This document shows, in pieces, positions 19,901 to 31,399 of a stretch of DNA of 64,000 nt. The stretch is from the NCBI GenBank assembly GCA_041484665.1, contig JBGPIA010000017.1, positions 32,001 through 96,000 of the forward strand. Reading direction: 5' to 3'. The first letter of the stretch is position 1; each line of letters begins with the position of its first letter. Below the pieces are notes generated by a model that made no database searches, had not been told where the DNA came from, and was given only the letters and a program-made list of their open reading frames with translations. The position numbers and the translations under genes are program-made. This stretch comes from Candidatus Krumholzibacteriia bacterium. GTDB lineage: Bacteria; Krumholzibacteriota; Krumholzibacteriia; JAJRXK01.

Positions 19901-21054
19901 CCGTCGCGGGTGGGCGCCATACCCTGTACCTGCGCCTCGATCCCGATCTACTGCAGCGCGAGATCAGCGAGTCGAACAACGCCTACGGAGAGCAGTGGAT
20001 CTGGTCGCCGCTGCAGCTGTCCCTCGACGCGCCGCAGTCGCGCCCGGCGCCGCCCTACGCAGAGGCAGGATTCGAGTACGTGCGCAGCGGTGAGCCGCTC
20101 TACTTCGACTGCGACGGGCTGCGCACCCCCGTCTTTGCCTCCAGCGGCGCCAACGGATACTGGGGCGCGGTCGCAGTGATGCCAGGGACGGCGAACAATG
20201 TGGATCTGCGCCTGCACCGGCTGTCGACCGGTCCCAAGGACGGCTTCGCGAGCAGCCTCGCGGAGTCCTTCTGGCCCACCGGCCAGAGCGACTTCGTGCT
20301 CGTGGACTTCAATAGCGTGCCCTTCGCCGCCTTCGACGCTGGTGTGCTGAATGGCATCGGCGCCGAGCCCTACACGGTGGAAGTCACAAGCTCCCATCAC
20401 CTCGGCCTGTTCCCCAACGGGACCTTCGGGCCGTACACGATGGGGGCGAACCAGATCGTAGACGTGCACGAAGCGTGGCTCGCTCCGGGCGTCTACATCT
20501 GCCGGTTGGAGAACGTGAGCGGCAGCGTCGATTGGGGCTTCAGCCTCTATCCCACCGGGGTCGCCTACCACGCAAAATCCGATGTGGTTCAAGGCGGTGC
20601 GAGCTGGCTAGGCGGTCCGGGGGAGATGGAGCCGTTCCAGGTCCAGATCGGGCAGGCCGGTTACTACGCCTTCGCGGCCTGGAAGGTCCGCAGCGCGGAT
20701 CTGGGCGCGGAAGGCAGCTACCAGCTGGTGATCCACAGTGGCGCCACTGACGTTCCGGAGGTCCATCCGGGCGTGCTGCGCACGGCGATCGCCTCGGTGT
20801 GCCCGAACCCCTTCAACCCGCGGACGACGATTGCCTACGAGCTGCAAAGTGCGAAGGAGGTCCAGGTCCGGATCGCCGATACGCGCGGCAAGATCGTGCG
20901 GACCCTGGCGCGGGGATACGAGACGGCAGGGCGGCACGAGCTCGTCTGGGACGGCACCGACGATGGAGGACGCGTCGTGGCCAGCGGCGTGTACGTCCTG
21001 CGGTTGACTGCCGGCGCGGTGGCGGACGCGCGCAAATTGATCCTCTTGAAATGA
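16918..21054 (+). CDS. large secreted multidomain protein: degenerate zincin-like region, FN3-like module, two ~370-aa CARDB-containing repeats, FlgD-Ig tail
   Basis: Signal peptide; VLRELARKWH..AWEQGF; YYFNLRAVDNAG; duplicated LTGN.A.T..N...GGRHT...E..E.(D/N)N...EQWIW; CPNPFNP tail. Confidence 0.88.
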   Translation: MRSVQVCSRLGGALALFMAVAGDVLVAPSLAAPPPAASLAAPLSAVGAPAAIATSAGAGIGATVPQSRHIRIRGRAMTLRPDGQTVPIMKASVDMEDEDWGLFSPTYEPLSWTYTDADGYFDTTFLWNPGLFDDTEPDIVVTILSTYSPLPNQVTMVDPDVHAGDLEWYTLTIATIDDYSGTDLDTGTILAGTQRKQEAFYAYTQIMRAREWIIDHVAPSFLSERLVISYPTNHSGAEIPASDLLEILESEAFDDHAVLRELARKWHRVNGQHLTPDLVNGVCDGTGHGYCLWCAENDHDAWEQGFCYWFADVLVNQLATIYGEPPLSSENLESLATCSGVLNDPLTTAGFVAALLHDIQDSEQDDHLQYASGLDALSLGYNEILTVVDADEPATVAEFIDAFHARYPQWCEELWQTAKNCGYDRDVSAPGAPTSLTSPSHAQFSTSPDATVQFTWTSPSDDMSCIDGYGFSVTADGFAIPTAVKDMEQVTSYTTAPLAPGTYYFNLRAVDNAGRWSATYATYGPFTIAAPEPANLVYELPLDWAKVLVPRATGDATANSVTAPTTLTGNVAATYWNVAGRNAGALATSSSFSVRLYVDGIFNSSTTVSSTAGGASFNRINRGPMTVRGGRHTYEALLDGGEQIAETSETDNRWAEQWIWTPLPLADGVPITRNAPPDRTAGWDAIGPGPALYYNCDGLRLTTTGWWNAVTVHALNDADDYDCRLHAASSSALPGAGGFGANAGYSARGAGGVDAVLVNRNVTGAGDWDVGVLNSSGGASQYIARHVTSQTHPFGTRVTVPMVQDQTILLREFHVGPTDVGWVDILVDVAPQDGPVSVLFLDETFSTGDLLDFDGYQKTGLTGQARLETNISSDGYNCVAVYRDPKDGTGPINVTIEIGKTPPDFRPHLSAGWYAPVVPRSAGDANAGATAAPLTLTGNAATTWMNLAVINDSPAGATATLPARLYLDGTPIEVGNFGMLAAYQINRANNEGPYTVAGGRHTLYLRLDPDLLQREISESNNAYGEQWIWSPLQLSLDAPQSRPAPPYAEAGFEYVRSGEPLYFDCDGLRTPVFASSGANGYWGAVAVMPGTANNVDLRLHRLSTGPKDGFASSLAESFWPTGQSDFVLVDFNSVPFAAFDAGVLNGIGAEPYTVEVTSSHHLGLFPNGTFGPYTMGANQIVDVHEAWLAPGVYICRLENVSGSVDWGFSLYPTGVAYHAKSDVVQGGASWLGGPGEMEPFQVQIGQAGYYAFAAWKVRSADLGAEGSYQLVIHSGATDVPEVHPGVLRTAIASVCPNPFNPRTTIAYELQSAKEVQVRIADTRGKIVRTLARGYETAGRHELVWDGTDDGGRVVASGVYVLRLTAGAVADARKLILLK

Positions 21055-21203
21055 TATGGGGCGGCTGGTGTCAACCGCCGCGGAGGCCTTTTTACCGGAG
21101 AATCGAGGCAAGGGCGGGAGATTCTGGAACAGCGACGTGCGCCTTGCGCTCTGCCCGGAGAATAGGGGACAATTGAAGCAAGGTTTCCGGGAGGTGACCG
21201 TCG

Positions 21204-22067
21204 ATGACACCAGAGATGACAACTCTTGCTTGGAACAACGTCCGGCGCAACCCCGGCCGAGCACTCGTGACCATTGCAGCAACCGTAGCAGTCACAGCCA
21301 CTTGGCTGGGCGCAGCGGGCCCGGCATGGGCAACGTCGCACTCCAGCCACAACCCCGCGATCGTCGGCTCATGGGCCGTCCATCTCGACGCCGCGGCGAG
21401 CGGTGCCAGATATGACAACGCGAGCAGCCCCGCTCTCGTTGGATTCTGGGGCGTGGGCAAGGGCAACAGCCCCGCTCGCAGATCCAATCCGGCGCTGGTC
21501 GGGGGTTGGGGCGCCGACTCGCCGAACGCGAGCGCGAGCCTGGCGCGGCGGGGCAATCCGGCGCTGATCGGAGGCTGGACGTTCGCGCACAGCGGCGAGC
21601 AGGTCGTTCACGGCGTGGATCCATCCGCGAAGATCGCCCCGGAAATCAGGGGCGAGGCGCGGTCTCTTCTGATCACCGAGCGACAGGCGGAGCGCCCGGA
21701 CCTCGGGATGGAGTGTCTGCAGCGCATCTACTTCGACTCGGCCATGGCGCTACCCCGCCTCGGATCCGGACCCGCGCTGGACGAGGTCGGCCAGACCCTC
21801 ACGCAGTCGCCGCAGATGAAGTTGGAGGTGGCGGGTCATGCCGACGGTCAAGGGAGCGACGCCTTCAACGACATTCTCTCCCGGGCGCGGGCCCAAGCGG
21901 CGCTGGACTATCTCACCGAGAAGTTCCCCCCCATCCGCCCCGACCGGGTTACCGTGTTCGGCTACGGCGAGAGCCAGCCCGTCGCCAGCAACGACACATA
22001 CGCCGGCCGGGCACGCAACCGCCGGGTGGAGTTCAAGGTGCTCCACGCCGAGGTCTCCAGGAGGTAG
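21204..22067 (+). CDS. OmpA-like peptidoglycan-binding domain protein with N-terminal (N/S)PA(L/I)(V/I)GxW repeats
   Basis: IYFDS, LEVAGHADGQGS..FNDILSRARA, GYGESQPVASNDT..GRARNRRVEF; GGAGG RBS. Confidence 0.88.
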   Translation: MTPEMTTLAWNNVRRNPGRALVTIAATVAVTATWLGAAGPAWATSHSSHNPAIVGSWAVHLDAAASGARYDNASSPALVGFWGVGKGNSPARRSNPALVGGWGADSPNASASLARRGNPALIGGWTFAHSGEQVVHGVDPSAKIAPEIRGEARSLLITERQAERPDLGMECLQRIYFDSAMALPRLGSGPALDEVGQTLTQSPQMKLEVAGHADGQGSDAFNDILSRARAQAALDYLTEKFPPIRPDRVTVFGYGESQPVASNDTYAGRARNRRVEFKVLHAEVSRR

Positions 22068-22115
22068 CGCACCTCGCAGTAGCGGCCCACGCGGCCACCC
22101 GGTCGCGCAGCATGC

Positions 22116-22146
22116 AGAGGGCCTCCGTTCCACGCGGAGGCCCTCT
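22116..22146. terminator. probable bidirectional terminator hairpin
   Basis: agagggcctccg-ttccacg-cggaggccctct, 12-bp stem between convergent genes. Confidence 0.65.
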
Positions 22147-22223
22147 TGGCGAGCCACTCTCTCCACGCCATCGCACGACAGAGGCGGCACAACGTCGTCA
22201 AGATCGACGCCTCTGCGAGATCC

Positions 22224-23984
22224 CTAATCCAGCAGGACCATCTTGCGTGTGGCCACCACGCCGGCGCATTCCAGCCGTGCGTAGTACACGCCAGAGGCGG
22301 CCGGCTCTCCCGAAGCGTCATGCGCGTTCCATCGCACGACATAACGGCCTGGCTCGCGATGCCCATCGACGAGCGTTGCGACGGCAGCACCACGAACGTC
22401 GTACACAGTCAGCCGTACGTCTCCCGCCAGGTCGACCTCGAACTCCAAGAGCGTAGCCGGATTGAACGGGTTTGGCCGCGCCGGATACAGCCGCGACCGA
22501 GCTCCCAGCGCAGGCGCCGCAGTCGACTGGGTGGGGACCGGGACCAGCTCGCGTACGAAACCATCCTGTTTGGTGGTGACGTAGAGGCGACCCGCGGCGT
22601 CGTTGCTGAAGCGCAGGTCCGCGCGCGGGATTCCGGGGTTGCCGAGCGCAGCGCGCACGACGTCGAGGAGCGTTGATTCCACGCCGCCGCGAAGTAGATG
22701 GAGTTGGTAGACGGCCGCGGTCGTGGCAGGGTTACCGTCGTTGGCCGCGAGCATCTCTGCCACGTCGGCATAGAACATACGCCCACTCACGATGTCGCCA
22801 AACACGAACTTCCCTAGCAGGGCGCTGGGCGGGCCTGCGCGCACGGCGAGCCCACCGGCAATCGCAGAGCCCTCGTCGTGGTCGTACTGCGCAACCGGAT
22901 AGGTGAAGCCAAAACTCGAATCGTTTCCAGGCAGTGGGAGCACGGTCTCGGGGTCGACGCTCACGTCGAGCGCGAAGGTGCCCTCCCGCCGGGGCCAACC
23001 GTGGTTCGAGCCCGCCGTGGGCAGGTTCACCTCCTCGACGTTGCCCTGGCCGATTTCGGCGACGAACAGCGAGCCGACTCCACCCCGATCGAAGTGGAAG
23101 TTCTCGGGATTGCGGAAGCCGAACGCGAAGATCTCGCCGAAGGTATTCGGATCCCCGTCGTTGGCAAACGGGTTCGTGGGCGGAATGCCGTAGGGAAAAC
23201 TAGTCCCACCGCGCACAAATGGCTCCCCCAACGGATCGATGCGCAGCAGACAGCCATAGACCGTGTCCAATCGCAGGAGCTGCCCCGGCTCGTTGCGCTC
23301 GATCGACCCGAAGTCCCCGGCCGCGATGTAGAGGAGCCCGTAGTCGGGATCGGTCGGCCTAAGGTTGGGATCGAATCCGATGTTGCCCAAGTTGTGGAAC
23401 GAGTGCGGAGAGGCGATCCGCATCAGTTCGCGCGATGTTCCGCTGAAGACGTTTGCAGCCGGATCGCTCGCCTGCCACTCGGTCACGACCGCGTGGAGGA
23501 TGATCGGCGCCGGGATCGCGGGCCCGAGGTTTGGAGGCGTCGCGCCCGCGTTCTCGCTGTGGGCGGTATAGAACCGGCCATTGCGCGCAAAGTCCGGGTG
23601 GAAGGCGAAGCTCATAAAGCCCAGCTGGAGGTTCCCACTATTGAGCGCCGGGCGTAGCACCCGCAAGTCCATGTAGGTCTGCACCGTTCCCCCCTGGATC
23701 ACGAAAAGGGGGCCGCGCAGATCGTTGGCGAACAAGCGCCCCGAACCGTCCGGCGCCTCGCGCAGCATGGCCACACGGGCCCGGGGGGGCGAACCGGCTG
23801 TGGCCGGGAGTTGGATCACGTCCTGCAGTTCCGCCGCGACGCCTTCGTCACGGATCGGACCCGTGAGCGTTCCGGCCGACGCGTCGCTGGCGGCAAGGAG
23901 CAACGCCCACAGTATGGTGGCGCCCAGGACAGCCCTCGCGCACGGCTCCACGCCCCCCTCTGCTCTGGCTATCGCTTTTCGCAC
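22224..23984 (-). CDS. PQQ-dependent sugar dehydrogenase (GSDH/Asd-like) with FlgD-Ig tail
   Basis: AFHPDF..NGRFY, LLRIDP, YGIPPTNPF, EIFAFGFRNP, EEVN..GSNHGWP; tail RPNPFNP...SGVYY. Confidence 0.85.
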   Translation of the reverse strand: MRKAIARAEGGVEPCARAVLGATILWALLLAASDASAGTLTGPIRDEGVAAELQDVIQLPATAGSPPRARVAMLREAPDGSGRLFANDLRGPLFVIQGGTVQTYMDLRVLRPALNSGNLQLGFMSFAFHPDFARNGRFYTAHSENAGATPPNLGPAIPAPIILHAVVTEWQASDPAANVFSGTSRELMRIASPHSFHNLGNIGFDPNLRPTDPDYGLLYIAAGDFGSIERNEPGQLLRLDTVYGCLLRIDPLGEPFVRGGTSFPYGIPPTNPFANDGDPNTFGEIFAFGFRNPENFHFDRGGVGSLFVAEIGQGNVEEVNLPTAGSNHGWPRREGTFALDVSVDPETVLPLPGNDSSFGFTYPVAQYDHDEGSAIAGGLAVRAGPPSALLGKFVFGDIVSGRMFYADVAEMLAANDGNPATTAAVYQLHLLRGGVESTLLDVVRAALGNPGIPRADLRFSNDAAGRLYVTTKQDGFVRELVPVPTQSTAAPALGARSRLYPARPNPFNPATLLEFEVDLAGDVRLTVYDVRGAAVATLVDGHREPGRYVVRWNAHDASGEPAASGVYYARLECAGVVATRKMVLLD

Positions 23985-24057
23985 GCCGGGCTCCTTCGAC
24001 TCAGCATCCGCCGAGGTGACCAGTTCGATCAGGGCAGACCTATGACACCAGTCCTTA

Positions 24058-24117
24058 CTTGGAGACCGAGGCCTGGTTGATCTTCAGCGACTCGGCCAGC
24101 TGCTACTGCGTGAGCTC
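24058..24117 (-). pseudogene. remnant of an XRE-family HTH (HigA-like antitoxin) gene
   Basis: Reads ELTQ*QLAESLKINQASVSK*, a typical XRE HTH core with an internal TAG. Confidence 0.55.
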
Positions 24118-24123
24118 GCTGGC

Positions 24124-26049
24124 CTACCTCACCTGCACCACCCTGCCGCTGGCCGAGGCGCTGCCGTCGCCGCTGCTGACCCGCACCCAGTACACGCCGC
24201 TGGCCACACGCGCCCCGCCGGCATCGCTCCCGTCCCAAAGCAACGCGTGATCGCCCGCGCCCAGAGCGCCGGCACGCAGCTCGCGCACCAGCCGCCCGCG
24301 CAGATCGAAGACCGTCACCCAGGCCTCGCCCGCCGTAGGCAGCGAAAACTCCAGGCGGATCGGGCCCGCCGCCGGATTGGGGAAGGCCGTGATCGTGCGT
24401 GCGCCCGGCGGGCCCAACACCAGCGCGCCGGGCTCGACGCCGGTCGCGTTCGCCGGCAACGACACCAGCGCCAGCCCCTCCCAGCCGATGCTGTTGGTGA
24501 GCACGGCGACTGGCGTCGCCACCTGCGTCGCAGGATCGATAGAGTACAAGGTCGTGGTGGGGAAATTGGCGATCCCCAGCAGATGGCCCGAGGCGGGGTC
24601 GAAAGCGAGCCCGCGGATGTGCGGCAGATTGGCGGGTGGCAACAGCGTCTGCTGGCCGGTGTCGCGGTTGATGCGGACCAGCTCGGTTCCGCCAACCACG
24701 CCATAGATGAAGTGATCGACCGAGTCGAAGGCGATGTCCTCCAGGGGCGAGGTCTGGTTCGGCAACATCGACTCGTTGCCCGTGAGCGGATCGATCACGT
24801 GGATGCGGGCGCCGTTCACCACCTGCTCGGCGCCATAGAGCACGTCCCGGTCGGTGTCGTACGCCATCCCCCAGATGCCCACCGGGCCGGTGGCGTCGAT
24901 CAGCGTCGCCTCGCCCAACAGCGGCGAGAACGCCCACAGTGTCCCCACGCTGAAGTCGTATCCGTAGACCCGGTTGTCGACCGTCCGGTAGTCGATTCCG
25001 AAGATCCCATTCGGAACGGTCCCCGTGCCCGGCGACAGGTCTTTCCATAGGGGAAGGTTGCACCCCGGCGTCGGCATCTGTAGATATGCCTGGTCGCTGC
25101 CGGTGCCCACCAGATACCCGGTCGCTGCCTGGCTGGGGATGCGCACCCACACCTGCGCTACGCCCTTGTCGTTGTCCATCAGGTAGAGGTTGCCCGTAGC
25201 GGGGTCGATGGACAGCCCCGCGAAGGCTGCGAGCTTCACCCCCGCAGGCAAGCCCTGCGTGCTCCAACGGAAACGGTCGACGAACGCGCCGTTGGAATCG
25301 ACCACCTGGATCCCGCTGTGCTCGAGAGCGATCAGCAGCAGCCCCTGCGCGAAGGGGGCGCTCGGCGGCACCCACACGATGTCGTCGACCAGCGCGTCGG
25401 GATCGGCGTCGAGATGCGCCACCAGATCCGTGGACTTCGAGGACTTCACCGGGACACCGGTGCGGGTGAACTTGAACCACTCGTTGGAGGCTAGCGCGCC
25501 CGGGACCGGGCCGGCATCAACGACGTAGACGAACTGGGTGTCCACGGCGATCCCGCGCACCGACTCCAGCGTGTCGGGGCCCGAGCCGGGAACGTCGAAC
25601 CGCAGCGGGATAGTGAAGACCGTGTCGACGAGCGCCGCTCCGTTCCAGCGGCGGACCACCCGGTCCCCGGTGATCTGCCAGTAGTAGCCCGACGTGGCAT
25701 CCCACGCGAGGCCGGGATACTCGTCGGGACCGGCGGAGACGAAGTTCGCGCATAGGTCGTAGATCTTCGCCTGGCTGGCGATCTGCTGATGGACGGGATC
25801 GAACGCCACCGACTCGAAACCCGGGGCCCCCCGGCACACTGCGAACCGCTGCCCCATGAACTGCAGTACCGGACCGCCAGGGCTCACGGTGGGCGCTGCG
25901 GCGGGACCGCTGCGGAGTCCGGTGGTGGAGGCTGCCGCAGGGAGGCCGACGGCTGAGGTGGGTCCGGTCGAGCCCGTGGTCGCCAGGAGTGCTATGGAAA
26001 GGACGATCAGGGCCGCCGCATGCCCACGGCGACGCGGAGCGGATGGCAT
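24124..26049 (-). CDS. secreted beta-propeller protein with FlgD-Ig tail
   Basis: Signal peptide; repeated GLA(W/F)D, GIAVD, GMAYD, DIAFD blade motifs; tail FPNPAAG...WDGSDAGGARVASGVYW. Confidence 0.82.
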   Translation of the reverse strand: MPSAPRRRGHAAALIVLSIALLATTGSTGPTSAVGLPAAASTTGLRSGPAAAPTVSPGGPVLQFMGQRFAVCRGAPGFESVAFDPVHQQIASQAKIYDLCANFVSAGPDEYPGLAWDATSGYYWQITGDRVVRRWNGAALVDTVFTIPLRFDVPGSGPDTLESVRGIAVDTQFVYVVDAGPVPGALASNEWFKFTRTGVPVKSSKSTDLVAHLDADPDALVDDIVWVPPSAPFAQGLLLIALEHSGIQVVDSNGAFVDRFRWSTQGLPAGVKLAAFAGLSIDPATGNLYLMDNDKGVAQVWVRIPSQAATGYLVGTGSDQAYLQMPTPGCNLPLWKDLSPGTGTVPNGIFGIDYRTVDNRVYGYDFSVGTLWAFSPLLGEATLIDATGPVGIWGMAYDTDRDVLYGAEQVVNGARIHVIDPLTGNESMLPNQTSPLEDIAFDSVDHFIYGVVGGTELVRINRDTGQQTLLPPANLPHIRGLAFDPASGHLLGIANFPTTTLYSIDPATQVATPVAVLTNSIGWEGLALVSLPANATGVEPGALVLGPPGARTITAFPNPAAGPIRLEFSLPTAGEAWVTVFDLRGRLVRELRAGALGAGDHALLWDGSDAGGARVASGVYWVRVSSGDGSASASGRVVQVR

Positions 26050-26321
26050 GGCGCGCAACCTCCAGGGGGCGAAAGGCGTGTCGTGCAAGCGAGGTGAGCG
26101 GGCGCGGATGGCGCAGAACCCCTGGATTCTAGCCCCCACGGCGGGGGAAAGTCCATGCCCTGGGTCGCCGGCGGACCTGCTCGCGCGTCAACTGCCGCGG
26201 CGGCGGCATCGGGCGCAAAGCACTCCCGCTCGCGCCGCGCCCTGCAACTGCGGCGCGCGTACCACGCGAAGTCACCCACCATGTGCTGGCGCAGAGACGG
26301 GATCTGCGACACCCGCAGGGC

Positions 26322-29036
<2,715 letters not shown>

Positions 29037-29595
29037 GGGGACGACCGTACGGTCAGGCCTCGCTACGGTCAAGTCGGCTCACCTGGCGCCGCTGCGCGGG
29101 TTTCCCCGGGAAGTTTCGCAGCCGGCGGCGCCCGCGCGACAGACGAGAGCGTCCGTGGATCAAGCGGGCCGTTGGCGTGCGAGCGTCGCGCGCATGATGA
29201 CGAGGTGCCCCCTGGCTGGACACCAGACCCTTCTGGAGCCGGTCCACTCCGGCCGGCGACGACGGGAGCCCTCTGGGAACCCCCGCAGAGTGTTAGAATG
29301 AAGCGAATCGTGCCCCACGCGGCCGGCCGCGTTAGCCGGTCGTGCAAGGGCATCCGGGGTCAGTTACCCTTCGCGCCTGGCTGTGCGTCTGCCTGCAGCC
29401 GGTCCTGGATGAACTGCGTCACGCGCCTGACCCGCGCCGCGTGAGCATCGTTGGAGTCCTTCGACACGATAGGATCGTGCGTTGCCGTTGTCCGTCGAAT
29501 TGTGATGCTCCGCTACCGTTGCGGGGTTTGCTCGCGTGCGCCAGTCGCGCCCGCTGGTGCTCTGGGATCGCCAGGTGAGAGGGCCATGGGGGCTG

Positions 29596-30180
29596 TCATT
29601 TCGGAGGGATCGCCCCGGCGGCGGGCCAGCTGGTATCACCCGCTCGAGTGAGATTCATCTCGAAGAAACGGACGGGATCCTTGCCTTCCATGATCCGGTC
29701 GCCGACCTCCCGCCACGCGCCACCCTTGATGACCGCCGTGTAACGGATGGTCGTGGGGCCCGCTGGGATCTCCCAGAAGTAGCCGTCAGCCGTCGGCGTG
29801 AGGACGAAATCGCCGACGTTCCCCATTGCATACGAGTGCAGCGTGTAGGCGCGCGTCGCCGGGCTGTACGAGATGGTGCCGAACGCATTGAAGCCGACCT
29901 TGCCATCTGCATCGTAACCCCGGCCTTCGATGACCTTGATCGACCCGTCCAGGAATGGCCCGATCCGCTCGGTCTGCGTGATGTTGTGCTTCTCGCCGGA
30001 GGGCAGGATGGTCCAGGCGGGGCCTCTCCAGACCCCGTCCATGTTCGCAAGTCGCGCCATGCCCTCGCGCTGAGCCGCGATCAGCGTCGCCGGGTCCGGG
30101 CGTTCTTGCCCCGAGGCAACCGACGACACGGCCACCGTCGTGATCAAGACCGCAAGCACCGGGAGTCGATGTCGGAGCAT
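29596..30180 (-). CDS. exported DUF1579-like protein
   Basis: Signal peptide; AQREGMARLANMDGVWRG, QTERIGPFLDGSIKVIEGRG; GAGGAGG RBS. Confidence 0.8.
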   Translation of the reverse strand: MLRHRLPVLAVLITTVAVSSVASGQERPDPATLIAAQREGMARLANMDGVWRGPAWTILPSGEKHNITQTERIGPFLDGSIKVIEGRGYDADGKVGFNAFGTISYSPATRAYTLHSYAMGNVGDFVLTPTADGYFWEIPAGPTTIRYTAVIKGGAWREVGDRIMEGKDPVRFFEMNLTRAGDTSWPAAGAIPPK

Positions 30181-31399
30181 TTCCAGTCCTCCTCAAGTGG
30201 ATCCTTCGCTGGGTGTCAGGTCGGGGCAAGTCCCGGGTGATCCAGGCTCCAGGCACTCGCCCGCGTCCCCGATGCCCGCACTTCGGGAATGGGGGCGTCA
30301 GCCCCCACCTCAGACGATACACTCTGCACGGATACGTGTCTGCCCTCCAGCACCCGCTTGCGACGACCTCGAGCCAATCACCGAGCTCTGGGCGTGGAGC
30401 GCGGATGACGCCTCTGCCGGCTTTCGTCAGGCCTCCTCGGTCCTTGTCAGCCTTCGCCCGCGTGCGTCGGCCCCGTCCGCTACTGCGCGCCTGCGCCCGC
30501 GACGAGCCCTCGTTCACCCGCGAGCCTAGTCGTGGCGCGCGCCTTCGGAGATCCAGATCCTGAGCTCGGAGTTGAAGGTCGGGTCGGACGCCACGCCTTT
30601 CGGCATCCGCTCCCCGCCGCCGCGCACGGCTGCGCGAGGTGATGAAGGGCGAGGACTACGCGAAGGCGGGCATCGTCGCCGGCCAGTGGGCCGCAAGCAA
30701 ATGCCGGCCGATCCCAAAATCGAGTTCGACTGAGCAACCCGGCGGACAATGGCGCGGGTCCACGGGCGTCCGCATTACCAGTGCCCGGTGGTTTCCCACA
30801 CAGCGTCCGGTGCCTGCGGAGCCGGCGAGCGGGGGGGCGGCAGGATCGGCGCCTCAACGCTCGCATTCCACGTCGGCCCTTGACGCAGCGTGGACGAGCA
30901 GCCAGTCGTTCACGGTTCTGCTGAGCCCGGCGATCTTCGCGCGATACTCGCGCGTGGGGTACATCCCGGCACGCAGATCGACGCGCACCGGGGGGAGGGC
31001 GGCGAGATTGCGGGAGAGAAAGCCGGCGATCCAGGGATAGCGCAGGGTTCTGTCGCTGGGCTATAGTCCGAGCGTCGATTCCTGCCAGGCCGATTGTTCC
31101 GCATGCTGCGCCTTCGGACACGATCGGCGGCTGGGCCAACTCGGTCTGCCACTTGGAGCGATCCCCCTGCGTCCTGGCCGATTGGACGGACCCGGAGCGA
31201 CAACAGCAGGGACCGATCTCAGGCCAGTACCGCACCGTTGCGGGTGGCCGGCAGAGCGGCCTCCATCGGTGCACCCGCCGTGTCCTCTAACTGGGGGATG
31301 CCGCCGCTCCATTTCGTCGCCCGGCTCCGTCGATAGGGTCGAGCCCCGCTCCGGCATGCTTCGCTCTGACACGCCAACTTCACCCTCAGAGGTCACACC

